Source of the DNA: a virus
Direction: 5' to 3' (one strand)
Length of the DNA: 43,159 bases
Virus record (IMG/VR): IMGVR_UViG_3300034104_000606
The notes under the pieces were generated by a model, which was not told the DNA's origin, searched no databases, and worked only from the letters and a program-made list of their open reading frames with translations. How positions within the stretch are numbered: position 1 is the stretch's first letter; every line of letters starts with the position of its first letter. The translations under genes were made by a program, and so were the position numbers. Shown piece after piece: positions 24,361 to 32,781 of this stretch.

Positions 24361-26776
24361 TCATTTCCCAGCCAATGAGGTAGAAATCTTTACCCTGTTC
24401 GGATTCAAACCGCATTCTAAGAACTCTGCCTTTACCTCTAACCTTTGTTCTACATACAATTGTATCATAAGGATAAGAGAAAGTCAAATTACTTGGATTA
24501 ACAATTACTGAATGGGCTAGTCTGTACAACTGATTAGGGCTACTCCACCGGGAGTTATCCCCTGAGAGATCCCATTTAACCGTAAGGATACACCCAGAGG
24601 GGTAGTCAGTTTCGTAACCAGACCCAGAGGCAACAAAGTTCTCCTCTGTCCTCTTCATATATGTCGTGATATATGGTGTATTCTTTTTCAGTGTAGCAGA
24701 ACCGAAGAAGTCATAGCCTGTCTCTGCATACGAAGAGTAGTCCTCAGTATCCCAATCAAGGAAGTCTCTGTTACTGAACGTGGCAAACGTAAGCTTTCTG
24801 TTACCACCAACAACAGTTGAGACAAGGAACTTAACTTCTGTAGCAGCAGAAGAGGACTCTGTAAGATTAGCCACAACCTGATTTGTAAACGAAGCTTCTT
24901 GGAAGACAAGGTTTTCAGCATTGTCGATGACGTTGCCTACAACTTCTTCAGAACCAAGACCAGAAAGGTACACAGCGTCTACGATATAAGGGGTATTGCT
25001 GTCTTTATCCGAGACTTCCCACGGGAAGAAAGCCTTCAGGGTCATATCCAAGACAAGAACCTTGTTCTTCTTATTATCAATAGACTCATCAGCATCAGGA
25101 TAGATCCAATAGATCCTGTCATTCAGTCTATCAAAGACAGAGGTAGCTGCTTTCTTAGCATCGTTAGCGATATTGTCATAGAATGTCTTGATGTTCTCTG
25201 AGATAGAAGTAACAGACGGGGTATTACCCTCGACACCAATGGCATAAATACCAGATGTACCCCAGTACACCGGAGTTCCAGACACGTTAGAGAGTGTTCT
25301 TGAATTGACAATACCAAAGTTAGAGATCTTGCTGACGTAATACTCAGTAGCCTTAAAGACCTGATCAACACCACCGATAGCCCAGATACCATTACTGGCA
25401 AGGACAAACAGGATAGGACCAGCAGGGAACAGAGCCTGAATATCAGAGACATCGGGAATGATGATGCACCCACCATCAGAGTCTACAACACCAGCAGTGT
25501 CTTCAGCAGTAGGGCTAGCCATCTGGTAGCACTTACCAAAGTCATCCTTGCTTTCAATGACCTTGGAGTAAAAGATTTTACCACCGTTCTTAGCTGAGTT
25601 CAGACCAGCATACCAGACTCTACCAGCAAAAGCTGTTGTGCAAGTAAACCTTGCAGGTTCTATAACCGTCTTAAGACCAGAGATCGGAGAAGGGGTTTCA
25701 TTCGTAGCAGCAGATCTATCTTGGACAAAAAAGTCAAGGATAAAGAAACCATTCGGAGCCAGAGTATTACCAGTAGCTGACGAATAAAAAAGGCTAGACT
25801 TAAACTTGATATCAGTTTGATCAAGAACTTTACCTACATACCAAGGTTTATTTCTTGGGGGGTATCCAAAGAATCCAGAAATAGTCCGGTAGCTGGCATA
25901 TGGAGTAGACTGAGCAGCTTTATTTTCAAGCTCAACTCTTTCACCCCAACCTTGGTTATACAGATCATACTGGTAATTTTTTGTGATGCTTGACGGGATA
26001 GCATCATTACCAAGAAGCCTTGTAGCCGTACCCTCCACAGAAGTAGAAGATACATTTGTACCAGCCTGTGTATATGTAAATGAAGTAGTCGAGGGAACAG
26101 TTGCTACTGTAAAATCACCATTGAACTGGGAAAGTTTACAATCAATTCTTACTGTATTACCAATACTCAAAGCATGGTCAGAACTAGTATTAACTGTTAC
26201 AGTATTGCTTGACCTCTGGATAGTAGAAATATCAGAGGACATATTAAGGTATTCAAAGTCTCTAACTTCAATCTTAATCTTAGAGACAGAAATAGTATCA
26301 CCGTCTTTATTATAGATAACCCGGATAGGATCAATTGCAGCAGAGACAATGACAAGATAACCAATAGATGAAGATACACCAATAGCTGATGTATTAACGT
26401 CTACACCATTACCAGCAGAGTAATTATTCAGGTCAATGCTAAAAGATTTAAGACCAGCGGAAAGAGTAGCAAAAGACTTATCGTAAAAGTAAACTTTATT
26501 GTCTACCTGAACAACAAGGTACTCAGCACCACCAAGACCAGAGACATTCTGCCATGTCTGGGTATGGATAAAGGAACCAACAGGGGCATTAAAAGTACTT
26601 GTCTGGTAACCAGATTCAAACTCAATGCCTCTTCTTCTCTGCCTTGCACCATTTCTAAGGAGGTCACAGTTCAGTTCATCAGAAGAAGCACCATCAGGAA
26701 ACGTCATCACAGAGGCTTCGGTGATAAGCCCCTTGATGAAGTTGTTTACTGGTTTGGTGCTATACTGTTGGGGCAA
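24335..26776 (-). CDS. Tail tubular protein B / nozzle (T7 gp12-like, 813 aa)
   Basis: Size, position after the tubular A gene, and the N-terminal pattern NNFIKGLITEAS...FPDGASSDELNCDL..NGARQRRRG typical of this family (from memory). Confidence 0.7.
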   Translation of the reverse strand: MPQQYSTKPVNNFIKGLITEASVMTFPDGASSDELNCDLLRNGARQRRRGIEFESGYQTSTFNAPVGSFIHTQTWQNVSGLGGAEYLVVQVDNKVYFYDKSFATLSAGLKSFSIDLNNYSAGNGVDVNTSAIGVSSSIGYLVIVSAAIDPIRVIYNKDGDTISVSKIKIEVRDFEYLNMSSDISTIQRSSNTVTVNTSSDHALSIGNTVRIDCKLSQFNGDFTVATVPSTTSFTYTQAGTNVSSTSVEGTATRLLGNDAIPSSITKNYQYDLYNQGWGERVELENKAAQSTPYASYRTISGFFGYPPRNKPWYVGKVLDQTDIKFKSSLFYSSATGNTLAPNGFFILDFFVQDRSAATNETPSPISGLKTVIEPARFTCTTAFAGRVWYAGLNSAKNGGKIFYSKVIESKDDFGKCYQMASPTAEDTAGVVDSDGGCIIIPDVSDIQALFPAGPILFVLASNGIWAIGGVDQVFKATEYYVSKISNFGIVNSRTLSNVSGTPVYWGTSGIYAIGVEGNTPSVTSISENIKTFYDNIANDAKKAATSVFDRLNDRIYWIYPDADESIDNKKNKVLVLDMTLKAFFPWEVSDKDSNTPYIVDAVYLSGLGSEEVVGNVIDNAENLVFQEASFTNQVVANLTESSSAATEVKFLVSTVVGGNRKLTFATFSNRDFLDWDTEDYSSYAETGYDFFGSATLKKNTPYITTYMKRTEENFVASGSGYETDYPSGCILTVKWDLSGDNSRWSSPNQLYRLAHSVIVNPSNLTFSYPYDTIVCRTKVRGKGRVLRMRFESEQGKDFYLIGWEMIGATNPRY
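24459..24487 (-). promoter_or_regulatory. Candidate internal promoter, TTGACT-N17-(TGA)TACAAT, overlapping the 12-bp palindrome ATACAATTGTAT
   Basis: Minus strand reads TTGACTttctcttatccttatgaTACAAT, about 100 nt upstream of the GNAT start and inside the tubular B coding sequence. Confidence 0.3.
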
Positions 26777-27080
26777 TCTTCTTTTCCTTTGTCTTTAGTG
26801 GAGGAGCTTTCTCCTCACCAAACATCCTATCCCACTTAACATTCTTACTCTCAGGTACATGATCAAGCCAGTAGGTCAGATCCTTCAGGGCAGACTTCCG
26901 GCTTGTATAATACCCGGACAATTGCTCAGGTACATTACCAGACTCAGACTTAATCTTGAACATGCTAAAGCCATCTTCAGGCTTATAAATCGTGTACTTA
27001 GACTTTCTCTTCTCTGAGGATACTGTCATGATAGTACCCTCAGGGTTCTCTTCTACAATGAGTAGATCATCTACGGCCAT
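26760..27080 (-). CDS. Hypothetical protein (106 aa) inserted between the tubular A and B genes
   Basis: Internal ATG (MAVDDLLIVEENPEG...). Overlaps the tubular A stop by 14 nt and the tubular B start by 17 nt. Confidence 0.55.
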   Translation of the reverse strand: MAVDDLLIVEENPEGTIMTVSSEKRKSKYTIYKPEDGFSMFKIKSESGNVPEQLSGYYTSRKSALKDLTYWLDHVPESKNVKWDRMFGEEKAPPLKTKEKKIAPTV

Positions 27081-27819
27081 AGTTGTTAAGTATCCTTTGT
27101 TCTCCGGTCTTCCAACGATTGTTCTTCTGGAAGTACCTGTGCTTTCTGGCAAACTCTGTAACAGATGGGTCTGCCCCTCCCTTAAGGAGAGACAGAGCCC
27201 GAGTCTTTACCTCTGCGAGGTAGTAAGGAAAGATCGTATCATCCATATCCGGTACTGCGCTATCTGTCATGGTAAAGGTAGGAATCTTGATACCAAGGCA
27301 GAGAGTCTTGCTTGTCTGGAGTGTATTATCGATAGAGGAGTCATAACTATCAAAGCAAAAATACCTGTCATCGAATGATGTGAAATAGTCAGGCATCTTA
27401 TTATTTACAATCGGAAGACCAATACCGGATACGGGATCATTTACTACAATTACTTCGGTCGCAGTGGTATCCCTTGTAGAAATTCTCTGAACAAATTCAT
27501 CCGGTGGAATATAATCGATTGTTTTGTACTCAAGTTCCCCGGGGGTGTCAGATACATTGTACCTCAACTCCTTAATCTCTGTAACAGAATTGGCATCCAT
27601 CCAGTTAGGGTAGAGGGAATTAGACAACCCGGTTACAGTAACCAACTCAGAATGTTCAGGAAGATCTATCGTTGTAATTACATCATAATACACACTCCTA
27701 CAGATGTTGGCAATCTGGGTAGCTTCTACAGTATCTGCGATACCGTTAACTTCATCAGAGTCCATATCGTTCATTACGTCCTGAACGATCTCCAGCAATG
27801 TCATCTTAATTGTAGCCAT
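27067..27819 (-). CDS. Tail tubular protein A / adaptor (gp11-like, 250 aa)
   Basis: N-terminal LLEIVQDVMNDMDSDEVNGIADTVEATQIANI pattern typical of podovirus adaptor proteins (from memory), plus synteny. Confidence 0.65.
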   Translation of the reverse strand: MATIKMTLLEIVQDVMNDMDSDEVNGIADTVEATQIANICRSVYYDVITTIDLPEHSELVTVTGLSNSLYPNWMDANSVTEIKELRYNVSDTPGELEYKTIDYIPPDEFVQRISTRDTTATEVIVVNDPVSGIGLPIVNNKMPDYFTSFDDRYFCFDSYDSSIDNTLQTSKTLCLGIKIPTFTMTDSAVPDMDDTIFPYYLAEVKTRALSLLKGGADPSVTEFARKHRYFQKNNRWKTGEQRILNNYGRR

Positions 27820-27822
27820 GCT

Positions 27823-28458
27823 TTATCTAGCCTTATGAACTCTGGTTGTAATCAGATTAATATCTTTGATATTGATAGCATCACCTGTTGCTGTCTTAAG
27901 CTGGATCTTAGCCCCGTATGTAGCCATATTAGATGAGACAGGGAACAAGGAAGAAGCATTAACATACTGGTTAACAGTACCACCAGTAGACTTCAGGATA
28001 GGGTATGTACTTTCACCAACAAGAGTAGCGTATGTTGAACCATCAGTAGAAGTATACAAAGAGAGATCTACATACGCAGCAGATCCTGTTTCAGTAGCAA
28101 TAAAGAACCCAATGGTAATCGAGTGCATATCGTTAGCAGAGACAAAAAGAAGTCTTTCCGTAGTCAGATCCATCAAAGGACTTGTACTGCCAGTCAGAGT
28201 AATCGGAAGCTGGGTAACATTAACATTTGTATCAAAGGGAAGGACAACACCTGCATCAGTAATATTAAGGTAAGTCGTAGCTGTATACACACTGTTAGAG
28301 TACTGACCCCAGCCAGTACCCGGTAGTCTGTTTACATCTCTCCAGTTACCAGAGGCACTACCATTAGAGAGATACACCTGATCAGCAGTAGCCGTAGAGA
28401 TACCCTTAGGCTCATGAAGGTTAGGATCTGTTAGGTTACTGTGTTGCACATTTGCCAC
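27823..28458 (-). CDS. Virion structural protein (211 aa), GTG start
   Basis: MANVQHSNLTDPNLHEPKG... The GTG start lies inside the conserved leader motif AAATCAGTG, with AGGGA 9 nt upstream. Confidence 0.7.
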   Translation of the reverse strand: MANVQHSNLTDPNLHEPKGISTATADQVYLSNGSASGNWRDVNRLPGTGWGQYSNSVYTATTYLNITDAGVVLPFDTNVNVTQLPITLTGSTSPLMDLTTERLLFVSANDMHSITIGFFIATETGSAAYVDLSLYTSTDGSTYATLVGESTYPILKSTGGTVNQYVNASSLFPVSSNMATYGAKIQLKTATGDAINIKDINLITTRVHKAR

Positions 28459-28536
28459 TGATTTTATCCCTATGTATGGGGTTTACACCCCGCCTGACCA
28501 GTAATGGTATTATACTATTATTTTCAAAATTGTCAA
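28456..28536 (-). promoter_or_regulatory. Consensus promoter TTGACA-N16-TATAAT plus conserved leader hairpin (copy 2)
   Basis: Minus strand reads TTGACAattttgaaaataatagTATAAT, then after 14 nt GGCGGGGTGTAAACCCCATACATAGGGATAAAATCAGTG. This parallels 2755..2835. Confidence 0.7.
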
Positions 28537-28543
28537 GAGTATT

Positions 28544-28565
28544 GGGGAGACCCGAAGATCTCCCC
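28544..28565 (-). terminator. Strong GC hairpin with UUCG tetraloop after the capsid/decoration genes
   Basis: Minus strand reads GGGGAGATC-TTCG-GGTCTCCCC: a 9-bp stem including one G-U pair. No U tract follows, so this could be partial termination or a stability element. Confidence 0.6.
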
Positions 28566-28573
28566 TAAGTTCG

Positions 28574-29053
28574 TTAGACTTCGATGTACTCAATCACAAG
28601 TCTACCCTTACCAGCCGTAAAGGCATTAGAAGAAGTAGTCGGAGTCGTGTACACATAGGCATTATCTGCACCAACAGAGGTTACACCACCAGACAGCGCA
28701 CCATCACACTTCACCACCTTAGCAGCGGCAAGGTCAGCCAGAGCAATAGTAGCATCAATGCCATCAGCATCAATTACCGTACCATCCTTTTTAGCCAGAC
28801 CAATCGTCAGGGTAGCTGTACCACCAGAGGTAGCCGCTTCCGTAACAACCAGCGTAGCTGCCTTAATGTACGAGCCAGCCGGGATAAAAGCCTCATGGGA
28901 CCAAGCAGCAGCCGTAATAGCTTCTGAGAAGGTAAAGTCCACAATAAGGTTCTTTACGGCACCCAGCGTGGAAACACCAGCACCACTCTGGTTAGCTTCC
29001 GGGCCAGTGAAACGGATCTCTAGACCATCCGAATTTGTCCAATCAACACTCAT
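28574..29053 (-). CDS. Putative head decoration / minor capsid protein (159 aa)
   Basis: Immediately downstream of the major capsid gene with an AGGAGG SD. Shares the capsid gene's CpG-rich codon usage. Ala/Thr/Gly-rich, beta-looking sequence. Confidence 0.55.
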   Translation of the reverse strand: MSVDWTNSDGLEIRFTGPEANQSGAGVSTLGAVKNLIVDFTFSEAITAAAWSHEAFIPAGSYIKAATLVVTEAATSGGTATLTIGLAKKDGTVIDADGIDATIALADLAAAKVVKCDGALSGGVTSVGADNAYVYTTPTTSSNAFTAGKGRLVIEYIEV

Positions 29054-29067
29054 ATTCTATCCTCCTA

Positions 29068-30009
29068 TTACACAGACGGGTTCGACAGAACAGTAACGAG
29101 GTTCTCAGGACGATAGAGCTTGACACCATATCTGGCGGTAGTCACAAACTCTGTACGCTGGAAGTCCTTGTTATACTCTGTATCAACTTCCGGCATCTGT
29201 CTCCAAGCGCCAATGAACGGCGTCACCGAAGCATCAGCAGAGAAGAACAGGTTGGCCTTGAAGCCAGCGCAGTTAATCGTCTCCAGTGTTTCGGCAGAGA
29301 TCGTAGCCAGACGCTGCGAAGTATAGACATCGAAGCCGTAGACATTACGGACGAAGCGCATACCCGTAGCAATACCCGTCGAAACAATACCCTCAAACAT
29401 CGGGTTGTTGTTAATACCAACAAGCTGAGTAGCCGTCTCAATCGTGTAGGCCACAGACGGGTCCACGATAGCGACACGGTTGTTAGCCGAGACATTGGCA
29501 AGGTTCAGCGAAAGGTTAGCACGGGCAAAGTCAGCCACGTTGATAACATTCGAGGAACCCGTAGCAACGTAGCGATGCTTACCGCCGTTGATCGTGTTCG
29601 TGTTAGCCGCTGTCTGCTGCGACTGAAGACCAAGGATAGCCTCCTCGACATGCTCCATAATCGCACGCTCCTGCTCCGGCACAAAGCGCGAAACAAGCTC
29701 GTTCATGTAGAACATATCCTGCTCAGCCTTCTTTGTCACATAGGTACCCGAAGACAGGTACTCAGTGATCTGGAAGGTGAACTGACCCGTATCCAGAGGA
29801 CGGTACTTAACCGCCTCATCTTCAGCGTAGTCATCGACATACGCCTGACCGATAGACGGGATCTTGAACGTATCGCCATCAGGGAACTCCTGAAGCCAAC
29901 GAACGTAGGTCTGAGCCATAAGCTCATCACGCAGAATTTCCTTAAGCTCACGCGACCAAACCTCTGCGCGAGTAAGGAGTGTAGTATTAGCAGTTGTCAT
30001 ACCCGACAT
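29068..30009 (-). CDS. Major capsid protein (313 aa)
   Basis: Strong SD (AAAGGAGAA). Lies between the scaffold and decoration genes. Length and sequence style resemble T7-like/HK97-fold capsid proteins. Codon usage looks like a highly expressed gene. Confidence 0.85.
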   Translation of the reverse strand: MSGMTTANTTLLTRAEVWSRELKEILRDELMAQTYVRWLQEFPDGDTFKIPSIGQAYVDDYAEDEAVKYRPLDTGQFTFQITEYLSSGTYVTKKAEQDMFYMNELVSRFVPEQERAIMEHVEEAILGLQSQQTAANTNTINGGKHRYVATGSSNVINVADFARANLSLNLANVSANNRVAIVDPSVAYTIETATQLVGINNNPMFEGIVSTGIATGMRFVRNVYGFDVYTSQRLATISAETLETINCAGFKANLFFSADASVTPFIGAWRQMPEVDTEYNKDFQRTEFVTTARYGVKLYRPENLVTVLSNPSV

Positions 30010-30029
30010 AACTGTTCTCCTTTATAATG

Positions 30030-30779
30030 TTAAGATTTGTAGAACCTATCCCCCAGACGTTGACGATCCTGAATAAGCATATTCTGAATCTTCGGGGAAT
30101 AATAGAGACTCCTGTTCTCCTTACGAAGCTTCTGATAATAATCAAAATCTCTGTCAGCAGAATTAGGATTAAAGCCCTCACTACGAACTGAAGACTGGGG
30201 TGCTGCGGCCATTGAAGGCTTCTGTGCAGATACACCAATCAACTGGAAAAATGCGGTAGGAGACTCAGCAGCAATTTCTTTTAGCCTATCCAAGGACATT
30301 CCAAGTTCCTGACTCTTCGTCTTAAGAACTTGACCAGCCTTGTCTCCAAACTTCTTCTCCATTTCCTCAGAGACAACTCCAAGGTTCTGGTTAAGAGTCC
30401 GATTCTTTTCCTTCTCAGTGATAACTCTTTCTACAAGGGATTCGATGTCACTCGCGCTCTGAGTGGTATTCTCAGTATTAGAGGGACTGGTAGTATTCAG
30501 AGTCGGCTGTTCTGCACCAGCATCAGAACCCTTGCTCATCTGTTCAAGGAGTGTCTTGGCATAGTCCTGCTTTGCAAGCTCTGCCCGGAGTTCATCCAGA
30601 GTTTTGGTGATTTCACCAATGTGTCTATCTGCCTCAAGTTTCCCCTTTGCAAGGGATTCCACATCCTTAAACTTCTTGCCTTCTCCTACCAACTGTGCCA
30701 CAAATGAATCGTTTGTCTGAGTCACCTGATCCGCAGTTGCCGTCTCAGCCGTGGTCGCGGCATTAAAAATATCTGTCAT
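30030..30779 (-). CDS. Scaffolding protein (249 aa)
   Basis: Acidic, helical and low in complexity. Sits between the portal and capsid genes. Confidence 0.7.
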   Translation of the reverse strand: MTDIFNAATTAETATADQVTQTNDSFVAQLVGEGKKFKDVESLAKGKLEADRHIGEITKTLDELRAELAKQDYAKTLLEQMSKGSDAGAEQPTLNTTSPSNTENTTQSASDIESLVERVITEKEKNRTLNQNLGVVSEEMEKKFGDKAGQVLKTKSQELGMSLDRLKEIAAESPTAFFQLIGVSAQKPSMAAAPQSSVRSEGFNPNSADRDFDYYQKLRKENRSLYYSPKIQNMLIQDRQRLGDRFYKS

Positions 30780-30793
30780 ACGTTCTCCTTGGT

Positions 30794-31024
30794 CTAGAAC
30801 TTTAAAATGTTAAGGACTTCTGTCAAAGCCCTGTTATAACCGTTCCTATCTGCTTGCTTATAAGCCCAGCTAGGATTCTCATAATCTTCGGTAAGAACAA
30901 CTTCCTTGATCTTATCCTTGATTATCTTCTCAAGTTTCTCCAAGACATCCTTGGAAGAACTAATCTGTTTCTTGAAACCTTCCTGTTGGTCCTTCGGAAG
31001 ATCCATAAACCAAATTGTTTTCAA
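30794..31024 (-). CDS. Hypothetical protein (76 aa)
   Basis: ORF between the portal and scaffold genes, 2 nt after the portal stop. Confidence 0.7.
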   Translation of the reverse strand: MKTIWFMDLPKDQQEGFKKQISSSKDVLEKLEKIIKDKIKEVVLTEDYENPSWAYKQADRNGYNRALTEVLNILKF

Positions 31025-31026
31025 TT

Positions 31027-32781
31027 TTAGATTCCCTGTTCAGCAGCAATCATGTTCTCTTCTTCAGCCATAAGCTGGACTTCCTGTGCTGTCTTCTGTG
31101 TCTCATAGTTTTCATAGACAGCAATGTTCTCAGAGAACAGGTTCTTCTCACCAAGCTCCTCAGAGAGGATACGGGCAAACTCTTTACCACTCATATGTGC
31201 AGCAACCGTAGGATCAGCAGACTTAATCTGCCAAAGCTGCTGGAGGTTCTGAAGTCTCTGCGCTCTCTCAGCAAAGTGTCTGGCACCCATTGGGATAATC
31301 TTACCCTTTGCTGTAATATCTTCCTTTGTAATCGTTTGGAAGATAGAGATACCAAGTTCATCATCAAAGACCCGGATGATATCCGTAGCATCCATGTTCC
31401 TTCTTGCAGCCTCAAGCATTGAGTTCAGGATAGGCTCAACGAAGATCTTTTCAAAGTGCTGGGTCTTGTTCTGGAAGATTCTGGATGCAGCATTCTGGAG
31501 AGAACTTACCTCAAATGCTGTCTTTTCACCGGGTGTTCTAATACCCATAGCTTCTCTGGGCGCACCAGCAAGCTGTTCCATCCTGTTCTCAAGGACAGCA
31601 ATCTGGTTGTCAGCGGTAAGGGCTGTACCAGCAGCATCAGACTGGAGGTAGGTTACATCACCTTCATCACCACAGTAGATTCTGGAACCGGGCTGGAAGT
31701 CAAAGTCCTCAACATCACCCTTGATCTTGATGACAGGAAACGCTACCTGATCGAATACGTCAGCACGAAGGTTTTCAAGGTGATCAATACGGTACTGCAT
31801 ACCAACAAGATTATCCAGAGGCCCCATAGCGTACAGGTTATCAGGTCTTTCTCTCCAACCTACATGGAAGATAGGGGAAGTACCAAGCCAACTAGGATTA
31901 GGAATATCGTTAAGGATGTAAGATCTATCAACAACTTTAATGATTCTGTTCTTGAGCAGAGTATTCGTTGCCTTGTCATAGATATCCCCATAAAATGTCA
32001 GGATCTCAACATAATCAGATTCATAGTATTCTCTGATAGACCCGAAGCCATCTACAACAAAGCCATCGTTCTTATGAAGATCCGAGTCAGAGTAACCCTG
32101 AATAGCACTTCTGGTCCCGATCATTCTATCAAAGACCTTGGACATGAACTCCTTGTTCGGATCATCCTCAATCATCTTCTTAGCCTCACCAAAGGTAACA
32201 AGAGATCTGATGATCTTCGGAGTCTTCTTAAAGTCAGCAGCAACGGGGTTAAAGACAATATCGTAGGGAGAGATTCTGACAATCTTCGGGCCGATATACC
32301 CGGCGATAAACTCGCCATCTTCAAGTTCTGTATAATTAGTCTCGTAATCTACCGTGGCAAAGCAATTACCATAGTCAATATAATCAAGGACAAGCTTAGA
32401 CATCGTAATCTCAAAGTCAGAAAGCTGTACCTTGTTCTCCATATAAGCTTGGATAACATCTCTCTTGACCTTGGTATTAGAATCCTTGTCCTGACCAGTC
32501 CATCTCATCCACTTGTTCTGTGGAAACAGAGCAGCCATGTAATTGGCATGGAGGTTATCTCTGATCTGTGTCAGCTTAGGGACAGTCGTAGAGTTCTTCC
32601 AAGGAAGATCACTGTTGCTTGTGGATCTGGTATCGGTAGCGAAGAGGTAGTTACGAAGTTCCTTCCACTCCTCAAGCTTACCAACTCTTTGCTGATTCCA
32701 GAGACGCCATCTATCGGAGATTTCCGTAGCGATATTGTCCGGGCTGATAATCAGCGACATGTCAATTGTAGTACCAGCCAT
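31027..32781 (-). CDS. Portal (head-tail connector) protein (584 aa)
   Basis: Size and position directly after the large terminase (stop/start overlap) and before the scaffold gene. Confidence 0.8.
   Translation of the reverse strand: MAGTTIDMSLIISPDNIATEISDRWRLWNQQRVGKLEEWKELRNYLFATDTRSTSNSDLPWKNSTTVPKLTQIRDNLHANYMAALFPQNKWMRWTGQDKDSNTKVKRDVIQAYMENKVQLSDFEITMSKLVLDYIDYGNCFATVDYETNYTELEDGEFIAGYIGPKIVRISPYDIVFNPVAADFKKTPKIIRSLVTFGEAKKMIEDDPNKEFMSKVFDRMIGTRSAIQGYSDSDLHKNDGFVVDGFGSIREYYESDYVEILTFYGDIYDKATNTLLKNRIIKVVDRSYILNDIPNPSWLGTSPIFHVGWRERPDNLYAMGPLDNLVGMQYRIDHLENLRADVFDQVAFPVIKIKGDVEDFDFQPGSRIYCGDEGDVTYLQSDAAGTALTADNQIAVLENRMEQLAGAPREAMGIRTPGEKTAFEVSSLQNAASRIFQNKTQHFEKIFVEPILNSMLEAARRNMDATDIIRVFDDELGISIFQTITKEDITAKGKIIPMGARHFAERAQRLQNLQQLWQIKSADPTVAAHMSGKEFARILSEELGEKNLFSENIAVYENYETQKTAQEVQLMAEEENMIAAEQGI

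Noticed and set aside
29035-30027. 330-aa plus-strand ORF covering the whole major capsid gene in antisense
   Set aside because: It has no SD and a Arg/Ser/Leu-rich nonsense-like composition. It mirrors the codon bias of the capsid gene, where complements of stop codons are rare codons. The minus-strand gene has a strong SD and a capsid-like sequence.
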